Assembly: GCA_050292275.1 (NCBI GenBank)
Contig: JBNKLI010000067.1
Span: 18,718 to 82,717, forward strand
DNA: 64,000 nucleotides
Source of the DNA: Candidatus Thiodiazotropha sp.
GTDB taxonomy: Bacteria > Pseudomonadota > Gammaproteobacteria > Chromatiales > Chromatiaceae
Direction: 5' to 3'
Shown here: positions 50,402-58,759 of the stretch, piece after piece
Position numbering within the stretch: the stretch's first letter is position 1
How the letters are laid out: every line of letters begins with the position of its first letter
The notes under the pieces: generated by a model
Database searches by the model: none
What the model saw: the letters and a program-made list of their open reading frames with translations, nothing else
Told to the model about the DNA's origin: nothing
Position numbers and translations under genes: made by a program

Positions 50402-50878
50402 TCAATAGTCGACACGCTTCTCACTCTCCCGCCACCGCCTGAACAGGGCAAGACTTTGCTCCCTGAGAAGCTGCCGGGTGATCATGGCTCTCTCACCCAC
50501 CGGCTTGTGGAGTTGCCCCAGTATGAAACTGTCGTTGAAACCGATGGCAGCGGCGTCAGCAGCCTCGGCGGCATAAACCAGCCGATCTATGTGGGCCCAG
50601 TAGGCGGCACTCAGGCACATCGGGCAGGGTTCACAGGTGGTATAGAGTACACTGCCCGGTAGATGATAGCTTGCTGCTTGGGAACAGGCATCGCGGATCG
50701 CCAGCATCTCGGCATGGGCGGTGGGGTCGTTGCGCGCCACCACTTGGTTCCAGCCGCGCCCGATAATTCTGTTATCCATGACCACCACCGCACCGAAGGG
50801 GCCGCCATCACCCTGCTCTATGCCCCTTTGAGCAAGATGCAGGGCTTCGGTCATGAAGATCTCGTCCTCTTGATCCAT
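50402..50878 (-). CDS. Zn-dependent nucleoside/guanine deaminase (CDA fold, B. subtilis GuaD-like)
   Basis: GGPFGAVVV, DPTAHAE and CEPCPMCLSAAYWA motifs; C-terminal Tyr. Confidence 0.9.
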   Translation of the reverse strand: MDQEDEIFMTEALHLAQRGIEQGDGGPFGAVVVMDNRIIGRGWNQVVARNDPTAHAEMLAIRDACSQAASYHLPGSVLYTTCEPCPMCLSAAYWAHIDRLVYAAEAADAAAIGFNDSFILGQLHKPVGERAMITRQLLREQSLALFRRWRESEKRVDY

Positions 50879-50881
50879 TCT

Positions 50882-51880
50882 CTACTCCCATCGAAAGGTC
50901 TTCGAGCCTATGCTGACAAAGCATAGGGTAAACAGGGAGAGAATGAACAGTTGCGGCGCCACATCCATGAATCCGGCTCCCTCGATCATCACCACCCGGG
51001 CGGCATTCACCATGTGGGTCAGGGGGAGCGCCAAGGCCAGATTCTGCACCAGCGGATGGGAGCCTTCCAGGGAGAACCAGACACCGGAGAGCAGCATCGT
51101 GGGCCAGCTGATCAGATTGAGCAGGCCGTTCGCCGCCTCTTCACTGGTGATGCGTGCCGCCACCAGCAGGCCGACGCTGATCATGCTGAGCGCACCGAGT
51201 ATCAGGATCAGAAACAGCAGCCAGTAAGAGCCCACCATGCGGAAATCCACCACCAGGTTGGTGCTGGCATAGACCAGCACGGTCACCGTCACGATCATCA
51301 GCAGGCGCGATACGATCTGCGCCGAGATGAACTCGAAGGCGCTGAGCGGGGTTGCGCGCAGACGTTTCAGGACGCCGTTCTTGCGGTATCTGACGATGAC
51401 GTAGCCCACACCGAACAGGGCGCTGAACATGACATTCATCCCCAGCACTCCGGGGATGACCCAGTCGACATAGCGAATCTCCGAGCCACTGAGTGTCTCG
51501 CGCTGCAATCCATAGGGCGAGAGCAGCTTCTCCAGCAGATAGCCCTTGGGTGAGGTGCTGTTGACCCAATAGCGGCCATTGCGCAGATCCAGCAGCAGGT
51601 CGATCTGGTGCCGGTCCACCTTGCCGACCATCTTTTTCAGATCGTCCACCACAATGAAGTCCACGTAACGGGTGGCGAGGAAATCGTCCAGGGTGTGATT
51701 CTGCGCCGGATCCCCATAGAGACCGACTTTGTAGAGATCCTCCTGCCCCGTGGTAAAGGCGAAGGCGAATCCCATCACGATCAATACCGGCATGATCAGG
51801 TTCCACCCCAGCGCTGTGCGATCGCGCAGGAACTCCAGGTTGCGGGCTTGCAGGGCGGCGAGAAAACGAGCTAACGACAT
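50882..51880 (-). CDS. ABC-2 type transporter permease
   Basis: RYVDWVIPGVLGM, YRKNGVLKRL.ATP, LSGVWF and LPLTH motifs; multiple TM segments. Confidence 0.93.
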   Translation of the reverse strand: MSLARFLAALQARNLEFLRDRTALGWNLIMPVLIVMGFAFAFTTGQEDLYKVGLYGDPAQNHTLDDFLATRYVDFIVVDDLKKMVGKVDRHQIDLLLDLRNGRYWVNSTSPKGYLLEKLLSPYGLQRETLSGSEIRYVDWVIPGVLGMNVMFSALFGVGYVIVRYRKNGVLKRLRATPLSAFEFISAQIVSRLLMIVTVTVLVYASTNLVVDFRMVGSYWLLFLILILGALSMISVGLLVAARITSEEAANGLLNLISWPTMLLSGVWFSLEGSHPLVQNLALALPLTHMVNAARVVMIEGAGFMDVAPQLFILSLFTLCFVSIGSKTFRWE

Positions 51881-51892
51881 TCCGCACTTACC

Positions 51893-52771
51893 CTAGGTAC
51901 GCAGGTGGTGACCGGTCAGTTCCAGGAACAGGTCTTCCAGTGTCGGCGTGCGCACCTGCAGCTGTTGCAGAGATATCCGTTGCGTCGCCAGGTAGTGGAT
52001 GGTGGCGTCGACATCCCTCGACAGGATCTCCATGTGGCCGTCCTGGGGGTGAAGCGTGGAGTCTTCGTCCGCTTGAAAATCATCGGGCAGGGCGGAGAGT
52101 GGCAGGCTGATCACCGACTTGTCGAAATGGTTGGTCAACAGCGTCTTCGGATTACCCTGGGCGATGATGATGCCGTGGTCCATGATGATGATCTCGTCGC
52201 AGAGTTCGAATGCCTCCTCCATATAGTGGGTGGTCAGTACCAGGGTCTTGTTTTCCGCCTTGATGCGCCTCACCTGGTTCCACAGATTGCGCCGTGACTG
52301 CGGGTCGAGACCGGTGGTGGGTTCGTCGAGGAATACCACCTCCGGGTCGTTGATCAACGCGATCGCCAGAAGCAGGCGCTGCTTCTGGCCGCCGGAGAGC
52401 TTGCGCGTATCCCGCGAGAGGAACTCATCCAGGGCGCAGACCTCCACCAGTTCGTCGATAGGTCGGGTCCTGGTGTAGAAGCGCTGAAACATCCTCAGCA
52501 CCTCGTCCACACGGATATACTCCTGCAGCGCTGTATGCTGAAACATGATTCCCGCCTCGTTGCGGAAGCGCTTGCCCAGGGGTTCGCCCTTGTAGCGTAT
52601 CTGCCCGGAAGTGGGTGTCTTGATGCCCTCGAGCATCTCCACGGTGGTGGTCTTGCCTGCACCGTTCGGGCCGAGCAGACCGAAACAGACACCTCGCGGG
52701 ATGGAGAAGCTGACCCCATCCACCGCTTTGATGCCCGCGTAGTGTTTGCAGAGGTTTTCAGCCTCAATCAT
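51893..52771 (-). CDS. ABC transporter ATP-binding protein
   Basis: GPNGAGKTT, LSGGQKQR, FLDEPTTGLD and TTHY motifs. Confidence 0.96.
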   Translation of the reverse strand: MIEAENLCKHYAGIKAVDGVSFSIPRGVCFGLLGPNGAGKTTTVEMLEGIKTPTSGQIRYKGEPLGKRFRNEAGIMFQHTALQEYIRVDEVLRMFQRFYTRTRPIDELVEVCALDEFLSRDTRKLSGGQKQRLLLAIALINDPEVVFLDEPTTGLDPQSRRNLWNQVRRIKAENKTLVLTTHYMEEAFELCDEIIIMDHGIIIAQGNPKTLLTNHFDKSVISLPLSALPDDFQADEDSTLHPQDGHMEILSRDVDATIHYLATQRISLQQLQVRTPTLEDLFLELTGHHLRT

Positions 52772-52795
52772 GACTTGGTCTTGGATGTGGAGCCA

Positions 52796-53632
52796 CTATA
52801 GAAACATGACCTCGATGTTCTGGATATCGTCGGCGACACCCTCGATTTCGATGATACTTACCTCGGGTTCCATGCCGACCTTGATGAAGGCCGGGATTTG
52901 CGCCAAGGACGAAGTATCAAAGGCACTGTCCGCATTCATCTGCGCCTCGAGTCTCGCCACCAGCACGATATCCGTATAGTCGATATCCCCCTCGCTGTCA
53001 TAGGCGAGATTGAGAAAGTTCTCCGCCACCCGGATCAGCGATTCGGGAAAGTCCCACATCTTGAGGATGCGCTGGCCGATACGGGGGCTCAGGGCATCGA
53101 TAACCCGGTCCAGTTCGGCGGCGTCTTCCAGCAGTTCCTCCTGATTCTCCGCCATGGCGAGAATCGGCAGGGCGCCGATGTTGTGGATCAGTCCCGCCAG
53201 CATCGCCTGCTCCTTGTCCAGGTGATCGGTATTGGCGGCCAGGACACGGCTGATGGCGGCGATCTGTACGCTCTCTTCCCAGACCTGTCTGAACTTGGCA
53301 TCCAGCAGATCGTTGGTGGCCTGGAATATCTGTTGCATGATCAGGCTGACGACCAGGCTGCGCACCAGGCGCACCCCCAGCCTCGCCACCGCCATCTGCA
53401 GATTGTCGATGACCACGCGACCCCGGTAGAGGGGGCTGTTGGCGACCTGGAGAAGCCGTGCCGACAGGGCTGCGTCGGAGGCAATCATCTCGGCGATCTG
53501 GTTGGCCGAGCTGCGCTCGCTCTCCACCGCGTCGCGCACTCTCAGTGCGACTTCCGGGAGTGTGGGCAGGGTGATGCGGTTGTTGTCGATGGCATCGTTG
53601 AGCTTCTGAAGAAACCGGTTTTCGTCGATCAT
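52796..53632 (-). CDS. HDOD domain protein
   Basis: LPTLPEVA, DAALSARLLQVANSPLY, AGLIHNIG and WDFP motifs. Confidence 0.93.
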   Translation of the reverse strand: MIDENRFLQKLNDAIDNNRITLPTLPEVALRVRDAVESERSSANQIAEMIASDAALSARLLQVANSPLYRGRVVIDNLQMAVARLGVRLVRSLVVSLIMQQIFQATNDLLDAKFRQVWEESVQIAAISRVLAANTDHLDKEQAMLAGLIHNIGALPILAMAENQEELLEDAAELDRVIDALSPRIGQRILKMWDFPESLIRVAENFLNLAYDSEGDIDYTDIVLVARLEAQMNADSAFDTSSLAQIPAFIKVGMEPEVSIIEIEGVADDIQNIEVMFL

Positions 53633-53714
53633 TTCCCCTGGGCTTCCTTATCTAATAGTGTTGCCAGTGTAGCGGTCATTTCGAGGTTTTATTGAATGGT
53701 TTTCACCCTTGAGT

Positions 53715-54713
53715 CTACTCCTCCGAGTAACTGTAAGGCAGGTTGAGAATCTCCAGCCTGGGGCCATTCTCACCCAGTTTGACCTGATTCTCTTCGGCGC
53801 TGGCGATTTCGATAACGGCAAGCAGGTCATAGCCTTGGCCGCTGGCCTGCGAATCCACCACCTTGCCGGCTCCCTGTCCCGAACTGCTGCCCTCGGCGAA
53901 CAGTTCGTCACCAGGCGCTGGTGGCGTATCGGATTCGACATGTGCCAGGTACATGCGGCGTTTCAATTTCCCCAGGTATTGCATGCGCGCCACCACCTCC
54001 TGGCCGGTGTAGCACCCCTTGGTAAAGCTGACACCGTCAATCAACTGCATGTTCGCCATCTGCGGGACGAAGGATTCACTGGTTTGTGGATAGAGTGTCG
54101 GGATCCCGGCGCGGATCTCCTGCAGCGCCCAGTAGGCCTTGTCCGCCTGCCGGGCCTGCTGCTCTGCGGTCTGCCAGATCTCCTGAAGCTGAAGATGCGG
54201 GCCGATGACCTCGAAGCGGGCGCTAGTGCCGGGCACTCGGATCAGGACCATTCCGTGCTGATGGGATACGCTGTTGGATTGGCTGGGCAGTCGATCGAAG
54301 AAGGGTTGCAGCAGGGCATCGGCGCAATCGCCCGTCAGACCTATCCGCACCAGCTCGTCACTGGCGTCGCAGATCGTCACCTTGGATCGCAGGACGTACA
54401 TGGAGAGTCGGGGAACAATCGTGGGAATTGCCTCGGACAGCGTCTGCAGGTAGTAGCTCGTGCCTTGGCGAAAGCAGCGAAAGCTGGCTATCATGCGGCC
54501 CTTGGCGTTGCACCAGCCCGCCAGGTTGCTGTGCCCCTCGGTGACCTGGCGCATGTCGTTGGTCAACTGGCCCTGGAGAAACTGCTCGGCATCCTCACCC
54601 TCGACCCGTATCAGGCCATAGTGGGAGAGGTCGTTCAAGGCACAGCTGACAGCCGCGCCGCTGCCCTCCGGTGCGTTTCGGGAAGCAACGAAATCAGACC
54701 ATTCTCTATTCAT
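53715..54713 (-). CDS. ygfZ: Folate-binding Fe-S/tRNA-modification factor YgfZ
   Basis: FLQGQLTND and signature KGCYTGQEVVAR. Confidence 0.94.
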   Translation of the reverse strand: MNREWSDFVASRNAPEGSGAAVSCALNDLSHYGLIRVEGEDAEQFLQGQLTNDMRQVTEGHSNLAGWCNAKGRMIASFRCFRQGTSYYLQTLSEAIPTIVPRLSMYVLRSKVTICDASDELVRIGLTGDCADALLQPFFDRLPSQSNSVSHQHGMVLIRVPGTSARFEVIGPHLQLQEIWQTAEQQARQADKAYWALQEIRAGIPTLYPQTSESFVPQMANMQLIDGVSFTKGCYTGQEVVARMQYLGKLKRRMYLAHVESDTPPAPGDELFAEGSSSGQGAGKVVDSQASGQGYDLLAVIEIASAEENQVKLGENGPRLEILNLPYSYSEE

Positions 54714-54829
54714 GTCAGGAACAGGCTCCTGGGTTTGACTTACAACAGTGCGTATCATACCCCATCGCGCAGGTGACGAAACTCCCTGTGTAATTCAGGA
54801 ATAGACGATTATCGGAATTGGTAACTTTG

Positions 54830-56641
54830 ATGAGTAGATTGACGACAGGCGCCCTGGTGCTCTACAAGATTCGGCCGGCCCGGATCATCGAGATTACGGA
54901 CAAGATCACCATCGAGCTGGAGGGTGGCAAAAGCAAGCGGGTCAGGGACAAGGATGTGGTTCTGCTCCATCCCGGCCCCATGGCCGATCTCAAGCAGCTG
55001 ACCCCACAGCGCGGCGAGGTGGAGGAGAACTGGGAGTTGCTGGAGGGAGCGGAAACGGATATCAAGGAGCTCAGCGAGCTGGTATTCGGCGACTATACCC
55101 CCGCCATGGCCTGGGCCGCCTGGGAACTGGTGGCGGAGGGCATCTATTTCGAGGGGGATCCGGGATCGATCCGCCCCCGCAGTTCCGACGCGGTGGCTGC
55201 CGAGATCGCCACACGCAGCAAAAAGGCTGCCGAAGCCGAGGCCTGGGAGGGTTTCATCCAGCGCGTTCAGGCAGGCACGATCCTCGAGGAGGATCGCAAG
55301 ACCCTCGGCGAAGTCGAGGCGCTGGCCCTGGAGAAGCGGGAGAACAGTCGTATCCTGCAGGCTTTGGATATCCAGGAGACACCGGTCAACGCCCACCGCC
55401 TGTTGCTCAGTACCGGCTACTGGCCGCCCAACGAAAATCCCTATCCGCGCCGTATGGGTGTCAATGAGACCATTCCGGGGCAGGAGGTCCCGGCGCTGCC
55501 GCAGGAAGAGCGTCTCGATCTGACCGGGCTTTCGGCCTACGCCGTCGATGACGAGGACAACCAGGATCCGGATGACGCGGTCAGCCTCGACGGCGAGCGT
55601 ATCTGGGTCCATGTTGCGGACGTCGCCGCCCTGGCCACCCCCGACAGCGGGATGGATCAGGAGGCCCGCGCCCGGGGAGCCAACCTCTATCTGCCCGACC
55701 GGGTGATACCGATGCTGCCGCCCGAGGTGACCGAGCGCCTCGGCCTCGGGCTGCAGGAGCGTTCACCCGCCCTGTCGATCGGATTCAGGCTCACCCCGGA
55801 AGGGGAGGTGGAGGATGTGCAGGTTCATCCCAGCTGGGTCCGGGTCGAGCGCATCAGCTATGCGGCCGCGGATCAGCGCCTGCATGAAGAGCCATTCGCC
55901 ACCCTGCTGGCCAATAGCGAGCGCTACCGGCAGCGGCGCAAAGCCGCGGGAGCGGCTTCGATTCAGCTGCCGGAGGTGAAGATCAAGGTGCAGGATGGCA
56001 AGGTGGTCATCGAACCACTGCCCCGGCTGCAGAGCCGGGAGATGATCACCGATCTGATGCTGATGGCCGGGGAGGGGGTTGCCGCCTATTGCCAGGCCCG
56101 TGAGATCGCCATCCCCTTCGCCACCCAGGCGCCGCCAGATCGGCTCGAACAGCCCCAGGACCTGGCGGGCATGTACGCCTACCGGCGCTTCTTCAAGCCT
56201 ACCCGGATCAAGACCCAGGCGGAACCCCATGCCGGCCTGGGGCTGGCCCGCTACACCCGGGCCACCAGTCCGTTGCGGCGCTACTCCGATCTTCTGGCCC
56301 ACCAGCAGTTGCGCGCTCATCTCAAAGGTGAGCAGACACTCGACATCCAGGCAGTCTCGGAGCGCATCGCCCAATCCGAACTGGGCAGCATGGCGAACCG
56401 CAAGACCGAAAGGGTGTCAAATGATCACTGGCGTCTGATCTTCCTGCGCGACAATCCCGGTTGGCAGGGCGAGGCGGTGATCGTGGCGAAGGAGGGCGAT
56501 CGGGCCACCGTGCTGCTGCCGGCCATCGCCATGGAGGCCAGGGTGCGCATCCGCGGTGAAGCGGGGTTGAACGATCGCATCAGGCTCAAGCCCCGGGAGA
56601 TCGACCTCCCCGATCTCAGTTGCTATTTCCGGGTCATCTGA
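54830..56641 (+). CDS. RNB-domain exoribonuclease (RNase II family)
   Basis: Catalytic DDEDNQDPDDA, VHVADV, YLPD...PMLP and HAGLGL..Y...TSPLRRYSDL motifs. Confidence 0.92.
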   Translation: MSRLTTGALVLYKIRPARIIEITDKITIELEGGKSKRVRDKDVVLLHPGPMADLKQLTPQRGEVEENWELLEGAETDIKELSELVFGDYTPAMAWAAWELVAEGIYFEGDPGSIRPRSSDAVAAEIATRSKKAAEAEAWEGFIQRVQAGTILEEDRKTLGEVEALALEKRENSRILQALDIQETPVNAHRLLLSTGYWPPNENPYPRRMGVNETIPGQEVPALPQEERLDLTGLSAYAVDDEDNQDPDDAVSLDGERIWVHVADVAALATPDSGMDQEARARGANLYLPDRVIPMLPPEVTERLGLGLQERSPALSIGFRLTPEGEVEDVQVHPSWVRVERISYAAADQRLHEEPFATLLANSERYRQRRKAAGAASIQLPEVKIKVQDGKVVIEPLPRLQSREMITDLMLMAGEGVAAYCQAREIAIPFATQAPPDRLEQPQDLAGMYAYRRFFKPTRIKTQAEPHAGLGLARYTRATSPLRRYSDLLAHQQLRAHLKGEQTLDIQAVSERIAQSELGSMANRKTERVSNDHWRLIFLRDNPGWQGEAVIVAKEGDRATVLLPAIAMEARVRIRGEAGLNDRIRLKPREIDLPDLSCYFRVI

Positions 56642-56702
56642 GAGAACGCCGGTGTTTAGAGGGATAGTCTGAAACCGCAGTTTTCGAACCGAAGCGAGGT
56701 GG

Positions 56703-57242
56703 ATGGTTATGCGATGGATAGTTCTTCTCTCACTGCTTACGGCGTGCAGCCAATCCTACATGGTCAATGATAACCTGGCCTATCCCTACAACCTGCCGCC
56801 TGTCGGCAGCAAAGTGGTGCTGCTGAAGCCTGTGGCGATCGAGCCGGGCACCACGCGCACCTTCCTGCAGCTGGGCAGGGCGATGGCCCTTGGCGACTTC
56901 AATCGCTACCGCGCCAACTGCAACTTCGAAGTCGAAAAACTCAGTGAAAAGACGCAACGGATAGAACCCGGCACCTTCATCGTCAGGAAGGTGCAGCGAC
57001 TGGTGACCGAGGTGGTACGAGACACCGTCTCTCAACCAGGGTTCTCGACCGTGGACTATGATCCAGGCTCCCCCATGGTCACTCATGGCTACCATCTCTG
57101 GCTAAGCTCTGAGAAGCAGCCCGGTGTCATGCGCATGACCTGTCATGGGGCCTTCGACGACCTGTCGCGGGCGCAACCGCCCTCCATCGATGATATTCGG
57201 GAGGCGCTGGGGGAGATCGCGGAGCTGGTGCTGGCGGTATAA
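56703..57242 (+). CDS. Hypothetical lipoprotein
   Basis: GAGG RBS; signal peptide with lipobox LTAC. Confidence 0.75.
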   Translation: MVMRWIVLLSLLTACSQSYMVNDNLAYPYNLPPVGSKVVLLKPVAIEPGTTRTFLQLGRAMALGDFNRYRANCNFEVEKLSEKTQRIEPGTFIVRKVQRLVTEVVRDTVSQPGFSTVDYDPGSPMVTHGYHLWLSSEKQPGVMRMTCHGAFDDLSRAQPPSIDDIREALGEIAELVLAV

Positions 57243-57429
57243 GCGTCGGCTCTTGCAGCTTTAGATAGGTTGCAAACCGCATTTGTCGCAGATAGCGTAT
57301 CGCGGGATTATGAGTTTTTATGAGCAAGTATCGGAACATAAATGCGAACATATCAAGACGAACCGCAAAATAATGTCCGATAGATCAGTGATGGGCTTTC
57401 AGATGCTGCATTAGCATATAGGGATTTTA

Positions 57430-58221
57430 GTGATGTGGAACATATTTCGCGGTAAACCGCTGCTTTGCAAAGAAGATACCTTGTTTCAATTGGAATGTTT
57501 CAGATGGCTGCTCACTCATTTTGGCGGTGATGATTTTTACGAGCATGCCTGCTTGGTATTGCCGACGAAAGAGTATTTTCCAACCGTTGTCAGTTCAAGC
57601 GAGGCGGCCGCTCGGTCGACCCTTGAACAGGTGAAGAAGTATGCCGGAATGGATGCCTGGCCGACCAGGTTGCAAGCCCAGGAAGAGGATCCGAATCTCC
57701 ATGTGGCACCTACTCTGGTAGTCAAAAACGTTGAGCAGAATCCCCTTGGCACCTTCTCGGTCGATGAGAATAACGAAGCAACGATAACCTACAACCCGAA
57801 GATCGTTGCTGATCCAGTACAGATGGTCGCCACCTTTGCCCACGAACTATCGCACTATCTCACGGGTACAGCACCCGAGCCACCACCTGGTGGTTGGGAG
57901 AATTGGGAATTCGCGACAGATATCTGCGCCACATTTCTGGGCTTTGGCATTTTTCAGGCAAATGCCGCTTTCAACTTTCGTCAATTTACAAGTGCAGATA
58001 CCGTCGGTTGGCAAACATCCGCAGGCGGCTACCTTACGGAAGCTGAGCACAGCTACTCGCTGGCTATTTTTCTGCGTCTAAAAGATATTGAGGCGGATGT
58101 GGCTCTTCCTCACTGTGATGCGAATGTAAAAGGGTATCTGAAGAAGGCTTTGGCTGAACTCGATCGGGGCAGCACAGTCAGCGAACTGAAGAGTGTCGCC
58201 TATATACCGCGCAACATATGA
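57430..58221 (+). CDS. Hypothetical protein with HExxH zinc-metallopeptidase-like motif
   Basis: ATFAHELSH followed by E..TD...FLG.G. Confidence 0.7.
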   Translation: MMWNIFRGKPLLCKEDTLFQLECFRWLLTHFGGDDFYEHACLVLPTKEYFPTVVSSSEAAARSTLEQVKKYAGMDAWPTRLQAQEEDPNLHVAPTLVVKNVEQNPLGTFSVDENNEATITYNPKIVADPVQMVATFAHELSHYLTGTAPEPPPGGWENWEFATDICATFLGFGIFQANAAFNFRQFTSADTVGWQTSAGGYLTEAEHSYSLAIFLRLKDIEADVALPHCDANVKGYLKKALAELDRGSTVSELKSVAYIPRNI

Positions 58222-58324
58222 TAAACGTTCCCGTCGCTTGCTCTAAATCATCTCTGCATAATCGCTATACCGTCTTCTCCGTCAGCCATGATTGTTTGCG
58301 TACGCGAAACAGGTATATACTATT

Positions 58325-58380
58325 TCGCCCGGCGTAGGCCGGGATCCTGCTGAAATCGAAAGCGTGGATTCCGAAATGAC
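58325..58380. repeat. Degenerate palindromic repeat remnant
   Basis: CCCGGC-GTAG-GCCGGG hairpin followed by ATCC...GGATTCCGAAATGAC; looks like a two-arm repeat whose right hairpin was deleted. Confidence 0.35.
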
Positions 58381-58420
58381 GAATTAATCACAGGCTCCCT
58401 AAAATTATTAAGGATGATAT

Positions 58421-58711
58421 ATGTCGTATAGAGTGCTTCTTCATTCAACCGCCAAAGCTGAATCAACTGAATCTCTATTTCCCTTTCTCGAGAAAAACCT
58501 TCCCAACGTCAGGTCTTTCAAAGGCTGTCTCAACGTGACCGTGCTCTACGATGAAGTCACGAATCAGATGATGTTCGACGAGGAGTGGAAATCAAGGGAG
58601 GATCATCAAGCGTATCTTGCGTTTATTGAATCAAATGGCGTGCTGGCGGATCTGGCGGGCTATTTGGAAGGCCCGCCTACGATCAGCTATTATCGGAATA
58701 TGGAGATATAG
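58421..58711 (+). CDS. Antibiotic biosynthesis monooxygenase (ABM/YgiN-like) family protein
   Basis: 96 aa; R.FKGC and EEWKS.EDH.AY motifs; AAGGA RBS. Confidence 0.85.
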   Translation: MSYRVLLHSTAKAESTESLFPFLEKNLPNVRSFKGCLNVTVLYDEVTNQMMFDEEWKSREDHQAYLAFIESNGVLADLAGYLEGPPTISYYRNMEI

Positions 58712-58759
58712 CGGGCGCAGGGTTCAGGTGGGGTCCTGGCGGCTCGTGGTTGTTGCGGC

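Noticed and set aside
57333-57364. Repeated GAAC(ATA) words suggesting an SOS-type direct-repeat box
   Set aside because: Spacings of 8 and 10 nt do not fit GAAC-N7-GAAC, and gammaproteobacterial LexA normally binds CTGT-N8-ACAG
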